DNA from: Octopus sinensis
Lineage: Eukaryota
Direction of reading: 5' to 3'
Length of the DNA stretch: 64,000 nt
NCBI RefSeq assembly: GCF_006345805.1
Contig: NC_042997.1
Coordinates: 55,118,001 to 55,182,000, forward strand
In this document: piece by piece, positions 40,429 to 53,419 of the stretch
Numbering within the stretch: position 1 is the first letter of the stretch
How the letters are laid out: each line of letters begins with the position of its first letter
Notes under the pieces: model-generated
What the model was told of the DNA's origin: nothing
Seen by the model: the letters and a program-made list of their open reading frames with translations, nothing else
Database searches by the model: none
Made by a program: the position numbers and the translations under genes

Positions 40429-40853
40429 CTAGTGAACATCTTGGAACATAAATGGCACGATAGAATGAAGCGGGAAACTAGCGACATGGGACCATTTATA
40501 ATCTCCTTTGAAAGCAACAAAACGGTTAAGTCAAAGAAACGGGCAATCACAAATGATTACTGCTCTATCTAATTATCAATGCAGAAGAAGAAGTAAATCG
40601 AAAGAGTATAGTAACAGAGGCAGCAACAGCAAAAATTGTTGAGTTGTTGATATTAGGAGTAATATGTTCTCTTTTGTTTTCAATGTGTGATGGGGTATGG
40701 TGTGTATGTTGATGGGACGGCTATCATCTCTCAAGATGAAGCAATCATTATGTATGTATGTATTTATGTGTGTGTGCGTGTGTATGTATGTATGTATCTG
40801 TCTGTCTGTGTATTTGCCCGCCTGTCTGCCTGCCTGTCTGTCTGCTTGTCTGC

Positions 40854-40937
<84 letters not shown>

Positions 40938-41503
40938 GTCTCTCTCTCTCCTCTCTCTCTCTCTCGCTCTCTCTCTATCTTTCTATCTAAAAAATGTATG
41001 CATGCTTCAATAGGTAGGCTACAGTTTTGCATCTGGGTGGCTGAAATTTTGCGTAGTGGCTCATCTTTTCGAACAGCAAGTCATAAATCATACGACACAT
41101 TCTTAAATTTTACTTTTTAGCCCCTGAAAGGTACACTAAAAATATCGTATATCACCAAACACAGCAATTGACATTATAAACAGTTACACATTAGGAACAA
41201 ACAAAAACAAAAACATCCATTTCGAGTATCCTTGTAAATTAGTACAATATATGGAAAACATATATGTAAAGAAATGAATTATATTTTAGATTCTATGATA
41301 TATTTGTTTATTTTTGCATTCTTATGAAATCCAGTTTGAATGATCATTTACATTGTAAAGGAGCAGTAATTGTGGGTGATCCAAAGTTCTAGAACCAATG
41401 GAGATGGTCAGCGCCTTTTGAAAGTAAATTCCACCAAATATAGTGAATTCATGTTTATTTTAGCTATGAACAAACGTCGTAAGGCCAGGAAGGGGTAGTT
41501 GGG

Positions 41504-41553
<50 letters not shown>

Positions 41554-41679
41554 TTTATGCAGCTGAAGATTGCTCTACATTTTAAATTGATGTAATGATT
41601 GCATTGTTCAATTAAATAGAGTTGCATGAAACGATCGTGCTGCATTACCTCTGGATATCCTTGTCACTTATTTTGATAT

Positions 41680-41725
41680 ATATATATATATATATATTAT
41701 ATATTATATATATATATATATAATA

Positions 41726-41777
<52 letters not shown>

Positions 41778-41792
41778 TATATATATACATAT

Positions 41793-41859
<67 letters not shown>

Positions 41860-41992
41860 CAAATACAAATTTTAAATAATAAGGGTGAAAAATTGAATAT
41901 TAATTCGATTAATATCAATTTAAAACCAGTGGTCTAGCATATTGAAAAATCTGAAGTTTCAGAAAAAATTATATTACATACATATGAGGGAT

Positions 41993-42061
<69 letters not shown>

Positions 42062-42093
42062 TATATATATATTATATATATATATATATACAT

Positions 42094-42162
<69 letters not shown>

Positions 42163-42290
42163 TACATACATACACTCACACACACACATATATATATATA
42201 TATGGCCACTAGTGTATATAAATATACACGCATGCACACGCTCACGCACACACGTACACGCACACACACATATCACATATATGTATAAAT
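41680..42290. repeat. Compound (TA)/(CA)/(TACA) microsatellite block
   Basis: Direct reading. Confidence 0.9.
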
Positions 42291-44145
42291 ATATGTATAA
42301 TTTATTACCAATTTTACTCAGTTCTATTAATAGATTATATCTGTATGCCTAATTTTTATGGTACATCGTAATGTTGTTTACATTATTCATATCATTCAAA
42401 AGCAGTGAAAGAATAATTTTTCTTGTGTCATAAACATATTTCATAGTATCACACCACTGATATAATTTGGCATATATTGCATACGCTATATTTTGGCGGT
42501 CCTTTCTTGCCAGTGTGTTTTGCCACAGTGCTGTATGGCTGAGTAGTATTTGTCTCGTATGTTTCACTCATACTAATATTTGACATCGGCAGAAGAAACC
42601 TAGCAAAATAACAGGACATGGGAGCCAACGAAGCAACTTCAACGTGATCGCTCGACCTGCTAGAAATAGCGTCCAAATCTCCTTGAATTATATCTACCAT
42701 ATAGAAAAGAAAGAGATATATTAGAGAACCAAGTTCTAGATACGAAATACACATAAAAAGACTAGCTGGTTATGGACGAGAAGCCTTTGAATATATGTTT
42801 ATTAAGCCAGTACTAATCTTTCTTCCTATGCCAGTAATGATTTAGAATATTTTAGCATTTACTTATATCAATTTAATAGTTTTAAAAATGTGGCCTAACT
42901 CTTTTGAGAGAAATCATTATATAGGTAAATTTATATTAATTAGAATTTGATATGTATGGAGAAGGAGGTGGCTAGTCCCCCATTGCTTGAATACTATCAT
43001 TAGGAAAGGTCAAGCAATTGATACTCGTTATCACACTAGTGTGTGGTAAATAGATATTAATATTGATTAAATATCACAAATTTATTTTGTATAACTCACA
43101 ATATGTTCTTGACTATAGATTTATCAAGAATAATGAACTAGAAGATTCACGTATTTAAAATCTGTAATAGTTTTTCCATAATGATATATAATCCACCATT
43201 CTCAAGCTTTTAAAGCCAGCTGGAATTCTCATCGAGCAGTATAGCTTTTTTATTTTTTTGAAAACATAATGATATTAAAAACCATCGTCGCGTATGTTAT
43301 AATTTTGTAAAAGCATAACTTTTAGGAGTAATTCCCTAAAGGTTGCTGAATAAATATTTTTGATATAAAATTGAATGAACATACAGTTATGATTTTTTCG
43401 ATCTTATTAAACAATTTTGTTATTCTATTTAGTTAGAAGGGAAAGCTCAGTATCCATGACAATTACAGACTCTCACGGACTTGCGAGAGTGATACGGTTA
43501 ATGTTCAGTTTGAACAACTGTAGTTTGGAGGTGGGAAGGGAATTCGAAAGGATTGCGGTTATTAGAAAGAAGAATTGTACGAAGTGTTTAGTGCAATATC
43601 TCTGGGGCGAAAGAAAACGGAAGGGAGAAGTAAGTTGAGACAGGGAGGAGAACACATGAAGCAAGCACGCCCAAAAGATTACAAGCCATAGAAGTGTGGG
43701 AAAATATAGCGGCTTTGAAACAGTGGTTGTAGTATATTGGTGAATGAAACTTCCACTCATGCACGGACCCGTTTTGTTGATGATATTTATGATCATTGGG
43801 CATATAGCAACAGACACGTGAACTGCAATACGATGGAACAAGCAATATATTCAGGTTTGTGACAGTTGTGGTTGACGTATCAACGGGCGTAGGATATATA
43901 TATAATATATATATATATATATAATATTATATATATATATATAATAAATATTAGGGAATAAATCCAAACTTACAGGGAAAAATCGGATTTAGGATTGAAT
44001 CCAATTTTAGTAAAATATTAATATTAATAAATTAGAGACAAAACCACTATTAGGCAAATCAAACAATGAAAGACTTAAGCCAATGCATAAATTAATTTAT
44101 ATTATTTAAATATGTAACAATTATTAAAAAAATATAATTAATATC

Positions 44146-44209
44146 CACTACGACGATCGTTTCCTGGCTGCTGTCATCAAATTTTTAGGTCGCAGTCATT
44201 CATCAGGTG
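44146..44209 (-). ncRNA. Type I hammerhead (left arm)
   Basis: CAC-CUGAUGA-A-UGACUGC..GCAGCCA-G-GAA-AC(GAUC)GU-C; stem I imperfect. Confidence 0.6.
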
Positions 44210-44280
44210 TTTCAAATTTTTTCTTGGCGAGTTTTAAACAATGAGTTCATTGTTTTAAAACTCGCCAAGAAAATTTTGAA

Positions 44281-44339
44281 CACCTGATGAATGACTGCGA
44301 CCTAAAATTTGATGACAGCACCAGGAAACGATCGTAGTG
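44281..44339 (+). ncRNA. Type I hammerhead (right arm)
   Basis: CAC-CUGAUGA..GAA-AC(GAUC)GU-A-GUG; 3-bp stem I; predicted GUA cleavage after 44336. Confidence 0.65.
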
Positions 44340-44454
44340 GATATATTATATTTTTTAATAATTGTTACATATTTAAATAATATAAATTAATTTATGTATT
44401 GGCTTAAGTCTTTCATTGTTTGATTTGCCTAATAGTGGTTTTGTCTCTAATTTA

Positions 44455-44528
<74 letters not shown>

Positions 44529-44529
44529 C

Positions 44530-44750
44530 TTTATTAAAGCAGCAGAAAATTCAACAAAATCTGTTACTCTGAGTTTCTCGTGCCGTTCATCAGACAGTTT
44601 TTGCTATAGTGATGAACGGCAACGAGAAACTCAGAGTAACAGATTTTTGTTGATTTTCTGCTGCTTTAAATAAAGCATATTACTCTACCACTGGTATTTG
44701 AGTACTCTTTTTTCCACCTTGTTTCACATTTATGTGTTTACTCCGGTATA
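44530..44750 (+). mobile_element. PLE-type terminus with short inverted duplicate (second family)
   Basis: 44530-44592 inverted with 44610-44674; unpaired right extension ending in (TA)n. Confidence 0.7.
44561..44597 (-). ncRNA. Minimal type I hammerhead
   Basis: CUGU-CUGAUGA-A-CG(GCA)CG-A-GAA-ACUC(A)GAGU-A-ACAG; canonical core, 4-bp stem I, GUA triplet. Confidence 0.7.
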
Positions 44751-44757
44751 ATATATA

Positions 44758-44789
<32 letters not shown>

Positions 44790-44805
<16 letters not shown>

Positions 44806-45020
44806 TCAATATATTCATATGTGACCGCGTGTGTATCGTTAGTGATTTTCTTTCTCCGTCTTCCTTCCTTGGACTTTTCCTTTTTCATTGTTTCTGACGA
44901 AGAGCTCCGCTCGAAACGTTAAACTTCCTTCTTTCTTTCCTTTCCTGAGCGTCCAATAACCTACACTTGTTCCACGTCTCGCGTTGTGTTTCTCTTTGTT
45001 CATGTTTTGGATAAACTACA
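44790..45020 (+). mobile_element. PLE-type terminus (third family)
   Basis: Pyrimidine-rich leader, hammerhead, ~100-nt tail, TA tract. Confidence 0.65.
44890..44925 (+). ncRNA. Minimal type I hammerhead, canonical core
   Basis: UUU-CUGACGA-A-GAGC(UCC)GCUC-GAA-AC/GU-U-AAA. Confidence 0.7.
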
Positions 45021-45032
45021 TATATTTATATA

Positions 45033-46535
45033 TATCTTTCTGTTGAAGAGCGTAGGCTCGAACGTTTAAAGACTTGTTTTATTTATATTCCTGAGCGCCA
45101 TACTAATACAATTGTTCGTTTGTTTTCCACCTGCCTTCGTCTTGTTATTTTCATAAAGCTTCCCGTATATATTATGCGCTCACGTGTTCACTTTCATCCT
45201 ATATTCTACCAATACCACTATCACACTTACCTCTACCTTGGATTTTCTTTACCTCTTGATATTACCATTGTCTGCACCTCTCTTTCGCGGATCAAAGTGA
45301 CTTTGCATTGATGTGAAATCCTTAAAAAATATACCACGACCGTCTACACATTTCTCACTACGTTTCACCTTGAACTTGTTCGCATAAACCTGTCCCGTTT
45401 GTTGTATTTTTATTTTCTCTTATATTCTACTGCACGCATTTTTTTTCTCTCCTTCTTTCTGTGTTTTTCTCTCTCTGTGTATCTTTCTGTTGAAGAGCGT
45501 AGGCTCGAAACGTTAAAGACTTGTTTTATTTATATTTCCTGAGCGCCATACTAATACAATTGTTCGTTTGTTTTCCACCTGCCTTCGTCTTTTGTTTATT
45601 TTCATAAAGCTTCCCGTTATATATTATGCGCTCACGTGGTCTCACTTTCATCCTATATTCTACCATACCACTATCAACACACTTACCTCTACCTTGGATT
45701 TTCTTTCCTCTTGGATACTTACCATTGTCTGCATGCACCTCTCTTCGCGGATCAAAGTGACTTTGCATTGATGTGAAATCCTTAAAAAATATACCACGAC
45801 GTCTACACATTTCCACCTTGACTTTCACCTTGCCTTGTTCGCATAAACTGTCCCGTTTGTTGTATTTTTATTTTCTCTTATATTCTACTGCACGCATTTT
45901 TTTTTCTCTCCTTCTTTCTGTGTTTTTCCTCTCTGTGTATTCTTTTCTTTCTGTTGAAGAGCGTAGGCTCGAAACGTTAAGACTTGTTTTATTATATTTC
46001 CTGAGCGCCATACTAAACAATTGTTTTCGTTTGTTTCCACCTGCCTGTTCTTTGTTTATTTTCATAAAGCTTCCCGTTATATATTATGCGCTCACGTGTC
46101 TCACTTTCATCCTATATTCTACCAATACCACTATCAACACTTACCTCTACCTTGGATTTTCTTTACCTCTTGGATACTCCATTGTCTGCACCTCTCTTTC
46201 GCGGATCAAAGTGACTTTGCATTGATGTGAAATCCTTAAAAAATATACCACGACGTCTACACATTTCTCACCTTGAACTTTCAACCTTGAACTTGTTCGC
46301 ATAAACTGTCCCGTTTGTTGTATTTTTATTTTCTCTTATATTCTACTGCACGCATTTTTTTCTCTCCTTCTTTCGTGTTTTTCTCTCTCTGTGTATCTTT
46401 CTGTTGAAGAGCGTAGGCTCGAAACGTTAAAGACTTTTTTATTTATATTTCCTGAGCGCCATACTAATACAATTGTTCGTTTTTTTTTCCACCTGCCTTC
46501 GTCTTTTGTTTATTTTCATAAAGCCTCCCGTTATA
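45033..46535 (+). repeat. Tandem array of ~450-bp units (3.3 copies), one hammerhead per unit; retrozyme-like or multimerised PLE terminus
   Basis: Cores begin at 45040, 45487, 45951 and 46401 (periods 447, 464, 450); units differ mostly by small indels; ~190 bp of each unit matches the PLE end at 33318-33505. Confidence 0.85.
45482..45519 (+). ncRNA. Hammerhead motif, CUGUUGA variant (array unit 2; equivalents at 45035-45072, 45946-45982, 46396-46433)
   Basis: tctttCTGTTGAagagcgtaggctcGAAAcgttaaaga; the unit 1 copy lacks one A of GAAA. Confidence 0.6.
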
Positions 46536-46543
46536 TATATATA

Positions 46544-46604
<61 letters not shown>

Positions 46605-46608
46605 AGTA

Positions 46609-46882
46609 TCACGTGATCACATGACCGACCAGACCATCAGATGTTTTTTTACACATCGCTGGTCACAATGCGTTCGCAATGTTTTAGCCTTTGAATGACG
46701 CCACCCCGCTGGCTAAGCGAGCAGGCCAACAGAAGAAAGAGTGGGAGAAAGAGTGGTGAAAGAGTACAGCAGGGATCACGTGGAGCTCAATAAACACTCA
46801 CAACGCCCGTTCTGGGAATCGAAACAGCGATCCTACGACCGCGAGTCCGCTGCCCTAACCACTGGGCCATTGCGCCTCCACA
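46609..46882 (-). mobile_element. Near-full-length tRNA-derived SINE, family 2
   Basis: Head ggaggcgcaatggcccagtggttagggcagcggactcgcggtcgtaggatcgctgtttcgattccc with A- and B-box-like motifs; body shared with 9896 and 11301. Confidence 0.85.
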
Positions 46883-47068
46883 TATAAGAGTATAAAAGGG
46901 ATATATTATCCTGGCGGATAAAGAATTATCTCGTAAAATGGTATAGACGAAGGCTATCCACAACAGTCCAATTATACAGTACTCAAGTTTAAGATAGATA
47001 CTGGTACTTGTAAGCTCCATTTGTTGGGTAGTTCCTTGTTACTATTCAGAACTGCAAATATCCCAGAC

Positions 47069-47575
47069 TATATAACTGAAAACCAAAAGGAGAGTGGAGA
47101 TCTATTCACATCCAAAACTTTCTTATTAAAAAAGTTTTCTACAGCATATATAACAATGATCAACATATATTTCTATTGTAGCAACTACACATTGCACTGT
47201 ATGCATATATGTATCCAAGTCGCTGCAATTTCATCAAGGGTTCATTACTTGCGACGTTTTCAAAGTGAACTAATTCAAACAAGCTTCTTGCGTTGGTTTT
47301 CAGTTGATGGTGATAGCGTTACTTTTTAAATCGAATTGAACCCTTGTCTTATAATCACCTCTTATGGTAGTTTGTTTGAACTGATTCACTTTGAAAATGT
47401 CTTAAGTGATGAACCCTTGATGAAATTGCAGCGATTAGGATGCATAATTGCATACTGTACAATATGTAGTGGCTGCAATAGAAACATATGTTGGTCATTG
47501 TTATATATGCTGTAGAAAACTTTTGGATGTGAATAAATCCTCACTCCCCACTTGGTTTTCAGTTTTACATATATA
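47069..47575. mobile_element. MITE-like inverted repeat (~210-bp diverged arms)
   Basis: 47071-47284 inverted with 47370-47563; TA-rich ends; a third partial arm copy at ~49060-49160. Confidence 0.7.
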
Positions 47576-47579
47576 TATA

Positions 47580-48044
47580 CTAGCTATTTTGACCCGTGCT
47601 TCGCTCGGGTTTTGTTGGTGGTGTTGTTTTGTGCGTGTTGTTTCCTTTTCCCTTTCTTCTTTTGTTCGTCTTCTTTGCCTGGTTCTTTTTATTGCCCTCT
47701 TTTTTACCCCCCTTTCGAAAATCCCCCAAATTTTTACACCCACAATTAAAGATAACGCCTCTAGCCCCAGCAGCAACACGAAAAGCCACCATTATTCAAA
47801 GAGCGCAACCTGTCTATTCCCATAAAACTCAATGTTTCCCATATTCCTCACCATGGCAACCAAACGGTAGCCCGAGCGACTTGCAACCCCCCTCACACCA
47901 TTACCGACCACATTTTACCCCCCCCCCAGTGTAAATTTTAGCGCCAATCCGACCCCATCTACCTTAAACCATTCCCATCCAAAAATGAGACAAATAACCA
48001 AGAAATCAAACAACTTTTTCGCATTTCAGCTTTATAGATATTGA
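47580..48044 (-). mobile_element. Non-autonomous Helitron
   Basis: Minus strand: A|TCAATATCTATAAAGCTGAA 5' end, cccg-agcgaagca-cggg hairpin (47593-47609), terminal CTAG|T. Confidence 0.75.
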
Positions 48045-48124
48045 TTAAAATGAGGTGGTTTTGGTGAAGCATTGTGCGGTATAATTTTAAAGAGATTTGT
48101 TGTGTAAGGACGGAACAATGTGAA

Positions 48125-48920
48125 AAAGTATAAAGTAAGCAACAAAAGGAAAAAAAGAAATTGCAGTTTTACCTTGCATTTCCATATTTTAGGGTAAGGA
48201 ACCCTTCTTCAAGACATTTAGAGAAAGTGGTAGTTAGAAAAAGTTGTTACTCAGATGAGTAGGTGAGGAAGGAGAAAGGGGAAGAAGTAGCAAGGTGACA
48301 TGCGAAGACTGGTGTTGCTATAACAACCAGTCAGATTCATGTCGTTCCTTACAGTTGTTAATGACTCATCTCAATTTGTTGATAAAGAGGGCCTCCATAA
48401 TTCTGTGATTGCCTCTGTTGCGTTGGGTGGCCCTGATGGAAACTATAAAAATTTGGGGTTTGGCACTTAGTGCTTCTTTATTGAGGTGTCCGTGTACATG
48501 TATGCTTTCATTCGGATGTGCAATTTCCTGGTAGTGCTCCCTATGAAGGATTCCCCATATTCGTTGCAGACTACTTCGTATACCACATAGGCCCTCGAGT
48601 ACGTTTTGATGCCGTTGATAGGGCAATTGCACCCCACAATGCTATCAGTGGTACTTTTCCTCGACAGAACTTTCGCTAGAGATGGACCGGTGTGCACCGC
48701 CTGTATGTTGAGTCCCTCCCTGTAGATAGCGTGTTGAATAGCTGCAGTTGTTTTGTCGTCGAAGTAAGGCAGTTTGAAGAAGGGCTTTTCCGATTTCGGG
48801 TTATGGACCTTCTTATGCGGTTTACCCACTTTCGTGCTTCGTGGATGCAGTCGTTTAGCTACAGATGACGGATTGCCGTTGCTATGTTCTTGAGGAACCG
48901 CTCGGTGTTAGTACCTTTGT
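48125..48920 (-). mobile_element. Penelope-like element 3' fragment (different lineage), GIY-YIG
   Basis: FKLPY, CNCPI..VVYEVVCNEYGESFIGSTTRKLHIRMK, RIMEALFINKL; degenerate hammerhead-like ttgaagaaggg..ccctaaa at ~48184-48216. Confidence 0.85.
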
Positions 48921-49958
48921 CATTACTCTGAGGTCGATGAATAAATAAAAAAAAACTATAATTTGATTAGTTTAATAAATTATGCCAACTACCTCATCTA
49001 AAAACTTGACCTAAATCTCACTTTAAAAGTCAATATTCTATAAATTAAGGCAAAATTTTTCTTCAGCATATATAACAATGACCAACATATGTTTCTATTG
49101 CAGCAACTGCACATTGCACTGTATGCAATTATGCATCCTAATCGCTGCAATTTCATCAAGGCAGAACTGGTTGAAGCTATTTGATTCAAGACTGCTGATT
49201 TATGCATTGATGTTTTCTATTGAAATAATCTCTTCATTGTTGTTAAATATATGCCTCAATAATATTGGAGTCTATAAAAACTAAGATAATTTACTAAAAA
49301 GAAATTTATATTGTATAATTGTTTCTATATTTAGCATGTTTACAATGCAACATGTCTTTATCTAAAGTCTTTTTGTTTGTTTTAAAGCGTCTAATGTGAC
49401 ATTTGATTTTATTATTTCATAATTATTTCATGATATTTTCTACATATGCCTCGCTCTCAGGCATTCCCCCTAACGTCTCTTCCTCACGTTAGATTATCAT
49501 CATTATCTGTAATCATGCAGTCACAATTACTTATGACTTAATTTTCGCCGCTAATTAGAGTTCCTAGACAACTATTGTTTACAATTTCTCTTTGTCAATG
49601 CTTCAAAATCAAATAGACCAATACCATCAGATTTATCCACTTCAAAAAATGATACACGTGTAAAACCAATCTAATCCAGTCTAAACCATACAGCACTATA
49701 TAGCCAAACTGACAAAGGCTCGTACAATCTCATCAGGTTGCTATAAATCCGTATATTATTTCATCTCTTATTTTACTTACTTTACTAATTCCCCCTTTTC
49801 TCTTTGTTTCTTTTCTTATCCCACTGTTTCATTCATTCATTCATTCAGTTTTTAGTTCTATTTTTCTTTCATTTTTTTGCTTATTTTCTTCTATTTCCAC
49901 CTTTACTATTTTTGTTTCTTCCTACACTTATTTTTATTCTTTCTCTCTCTAATATATA

Positions 49959-50068
<110 letters not shown>

Positions 50069-50099
50069 CATAACATATATATACATACAATACACACAC

Positions 50100-50138
<39 letters not shown>

Positions 50139-51107
50139 GGGTGTGTATGTGTGTGTGCGCGCGCGTGTCTGTCTGGTTGGCTATCTTAGTTTCTCTTGTT
50201 CATTATTTCACAAGAAAGTAACTCAAGCTCTTCTCTCCCCTTTGTTATTTGGATTTCTGTTGCATGTGTAGTTCACCTCTCTACATCTCTCCCTTTTCAC
50301 TCTCTTACTTTCTCCCCTTTGCTATCTCTTTATTTTTCTATTCTAATCTATCTTTCTTTCTGTCTACCAGCCTGTTTCATTGTGTTGACATTACATATTT
50401 TGCAGTGTATTCTTCACCGTTACCTTAATATAAACATACATTATTTTGCATTATCTTTACATTTCAAAGTTTAGTATTGGAACGCCTTTCTGTAAAGTAT
50501 TCACAAGATTTGAAATATCTGAAATCAGTACCAAATTCATTACTTTCGCTGCTGTGTGCAAATCTACACATTTTCTTTTTTTTTTTTTTCGATATTCCTC
50601 TTTCGCACAGAACGCCATTTTCTAAGTCAATGAAGAAAGACAAGCCCACATGGAGGTGGTCGGCAATTCCTTTTGTTCCATTTACTTTCCAACAGAGATA
50701 CTCTTGCGAGAGAAGCGGTCTCCATTCGATTACCTGTGGTCTGGATCAAAGATAGAAAAAATCTCTTTGATCTTATAGTCGCCAGGAGAACCGACGACTC
50801 ACTGATCTTGATATATATATATATATTTATGTGTGTGTGTGTGTGTGTGTGCATGTGTGTATGTGTGTATGCACATATATATATATATATATATAGATAT
50901 ATATATATATACATATATTTATGTTTAAGTATTTAGACACAGAGAGAAAAGATAGACAGATACATAGATAGGAAGGTAAAGAGAGAGAGAGAGAAGGAGG
51001 GAGAGAGAAGTAGACAGCTATGTAGCTATCTAGAGAGATAGCTATAGAGAAATAGAGTTGTAAACCTACACTTTTCAGAGGGTTATGTGTGAGTATGTGC
51101 GCGTGTT

Positions 51108-51263
51108 TTCATCATCATCACTATCGTCATCATCGTCATCCTCCTCCTCCTCCTCCTCCTCCTCCTCCTCCTCCTCCTTCTCCTCTTCCTCCTCCTCCTC
51201 CTCCTCCTTCTCCTCTTCCTCCTCCTCTCCTCCTCCTCGTCGTCGTCGTCGTCGTCGTCGTCG

Positions 51264-51294
<31 letters not shown>
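51108..51294. repeat. Compound (CAT)/(CCT)/(CGT)/(CAT) trinucleotide microsatellite
   Basis: Direct reading. Confidence 0.9.
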
Positions 51295-51295
<1 letters not shown>

Positions 51296-52904
51296 TATAT
51301 GCGATTTGATAGCAAACAAAGGAAGTAAACTAAACATTTTCGGTTTCGTTATACATAAACGAATGAATAGAGAAAATGCTTCAAGGAAGAAATTTAAGAG
51401 AGTTTTTTTTTTTGTTTTTGGTAAAAAAAAAAAAATAGGAATAAATATATTTCACTGAAGACCCAAATTTTTGCTTCTATCCTGCTTGAATATGTCGTAA
51501 AATAAAATTGTAAAATAATAGATCTTAGAATAAGATTGCACCTATGTCACTGTCGTATGGTATGGGTATGCAATAGTTGGGTTGTGATATGATTCTTTCT
51601 AATAAAGATGCACAAAAAACGCTAACAAAAAAATCAATCCTGTAATATTATATCCCTCTCTCTCTCTCATTAGAAGTAAGTAACTAAATAGATATCTAAT
51701 TATAGGATAATAGGTGGAGAAAGGGCATTACATGTGCTTAATTGTAAGTCGGAAAAAATATTTTATTTTATTTCTAATTATGGTTTTTAACGTGCATTAC
51801 TATTGATCAAGATCACTCCAAATTAATTGCTAATTTTTACGTGGTAATTATCTATTTCCGTACTTTGTCATTTTAGATATCCTAAATGTTGGCATCCACT
51901 TGGGTTAATATACTGTAATTCTGTTTATTGATTCTTTTACCGTTACTTCAGTAATATTTACTGAAGTGAAGTCAATACTTTGCTGAGAAGGTTTAAGATC
52001 AGTATATGCCAAGAGTTGACTCCCGTTCCCCAGAAATACAATAAAATAATATATATTAGCAGCAGAGACAATATCAATTGCAAAAAGTAATATTTATCCC
52101 CACTTAAACGTAGATGTTCCGTTAGAACAGATTATATTGTGATGGATACCATGAAAGACATACTCATATAGGCTTTATGGTGCAAAATCCACTCTTGTTT
52201 ATATAGCTAATCGTTACCATTTCCAGCGTCGAGACCACCACGTCACGTGATTTCGACTTTTTCGATGAATGCTCGACCGCTAGAGACAGCAGAGACTCAT
52301 CTACCTGCCAACGATATATAGAAAAACAGTGCCAGAACTAGTGCTGGAGAGACGATTCAAATACATATCAATTACATTAAAAATTAAAAAAAACAACAAC
52401 AAAATTACAACGGACAAAATAATTAAGTAGAATCCACAACTATCGAATTTAATTTTTAATGTAATTGATGTGTTGTTGAATGGCTAACTCATAATACATG
52501 AGCATTTGAATTAATTTTTTTACAATCCAGCAATTCTTTCTCACAGAATTTCGTCTATCTACAAACCAGTTGCCCTGATGAGGCTTATATATAAAGGAAT
52601 TGAATTGTTTATATATCAAAACATGTATATAAATCAAAACAAATTGTTGGCTTTTTTGGCTTTTTAAATAATTGTTTATCTTATATTGTATTATATTCAT
52701 AGTATATTACGATATATTATAATATAAATAAATTATTGGATTGTCATTTGTATCTCTCTAATTTATTGCTTGTAATTTACATTATACCCTTATTTATGTG
52801 GTATTCAACCGACGTACCAGTGAACTGGATTATTTACACAGCCCTTTGAAGGAATTCTTTGTTTGTTTGTTACCCTATATATATATACACGCACACACTT
52901 TTAG

Positions 52905-53137
52905 TCTTTTATTTCTTTCAATCATTTGAATGCAGCCATGCTGGAGCATCGCCATGAAGGTTTTTAGTCGAAGAAATCGACCCCAGAACTTATTCTTTGT
53001 AAGCTTAGTTCTTATTCTCTCGGTCTCTTTTGCCGAACCGCTAGTTTACGGGTACATAAACATACCAGCATCGGCTGTCAAGCGATGGCGCGGGGGACAA
53101 ACATAGGCACACACACACACACATACACACACACACA

Positions 53138-53168
<31 letters not shown>

Positions 53169-53367
53169 TAAATACACCCCCACACATACATAGATATATA
53201 TATATATATATACATACACGACGATCTTCTTTCGGTTCCTGCCTACCAAATACATTCACAAGGCTTTGGTCGGCCCAAGGCTATAGTAGAGACACTTGCT
53301 CAAAGTATCACGCAGTAGAACTGAACACGGAACCATGTGGTTGAGGAGCAAGCTACTTACTACACAG

Positions 53368-53370
<3 letters not shown>
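52905..53370 (-). mobile_element. Intact composite SINE, family 3
   Basis: tRNA-like head with B-box-like gttcagttc, internal TA/GT tract, tail cggttcggcaaaagagaccga..gctccagcatggctgca. Confidence 0.8.

Positions 53371-53419
<49 letters not shown>

Larger units (their letters stand above)
43951..44451 (-). mobile_element. PLE-type terminus with inverted duplicate (palindrome, ~210-bp arms)
   Basis: Arms 44031-44244 / 44247-44451; unpaired left extension; one hammerhead in each arm. Confidence 0.75.

Noticed and set aside
42340-42780. Possible interspersed repeat (ctgctagaaatagc..ccaaatc)
   Set aside because: Single copy in the window; recognition rests on memory only
43420-43890. RFVDDI motif suggesting a PLE RT fragment
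   Set aside because: Only one motif; adjacent RT motifs not recoverable by eye
45033-46535. CRISPR-like or LTR interpretation of the regular repeats
   Set aside because: Whole units repeat with no unique spacers, no cas genes, eukaryotic context; no TG..CA ends or PBS
50600-50800. Two good plus-strand acceptors (50622, 50694)
   Set aside because: No convincing donor and frame combination or recognisable peptide
51880-52090. Minus frame with hydrophobic start and N-glycosylation sequons (ILLFAIDIVSAA..NGS..NIT)
   Set aside because: Bounded by stops, no ATG or splice sites
52575-52610. ctgatgaggc..aaagg hammerhead-like start
   Set aside because: Lacks stem II closure and GAAA
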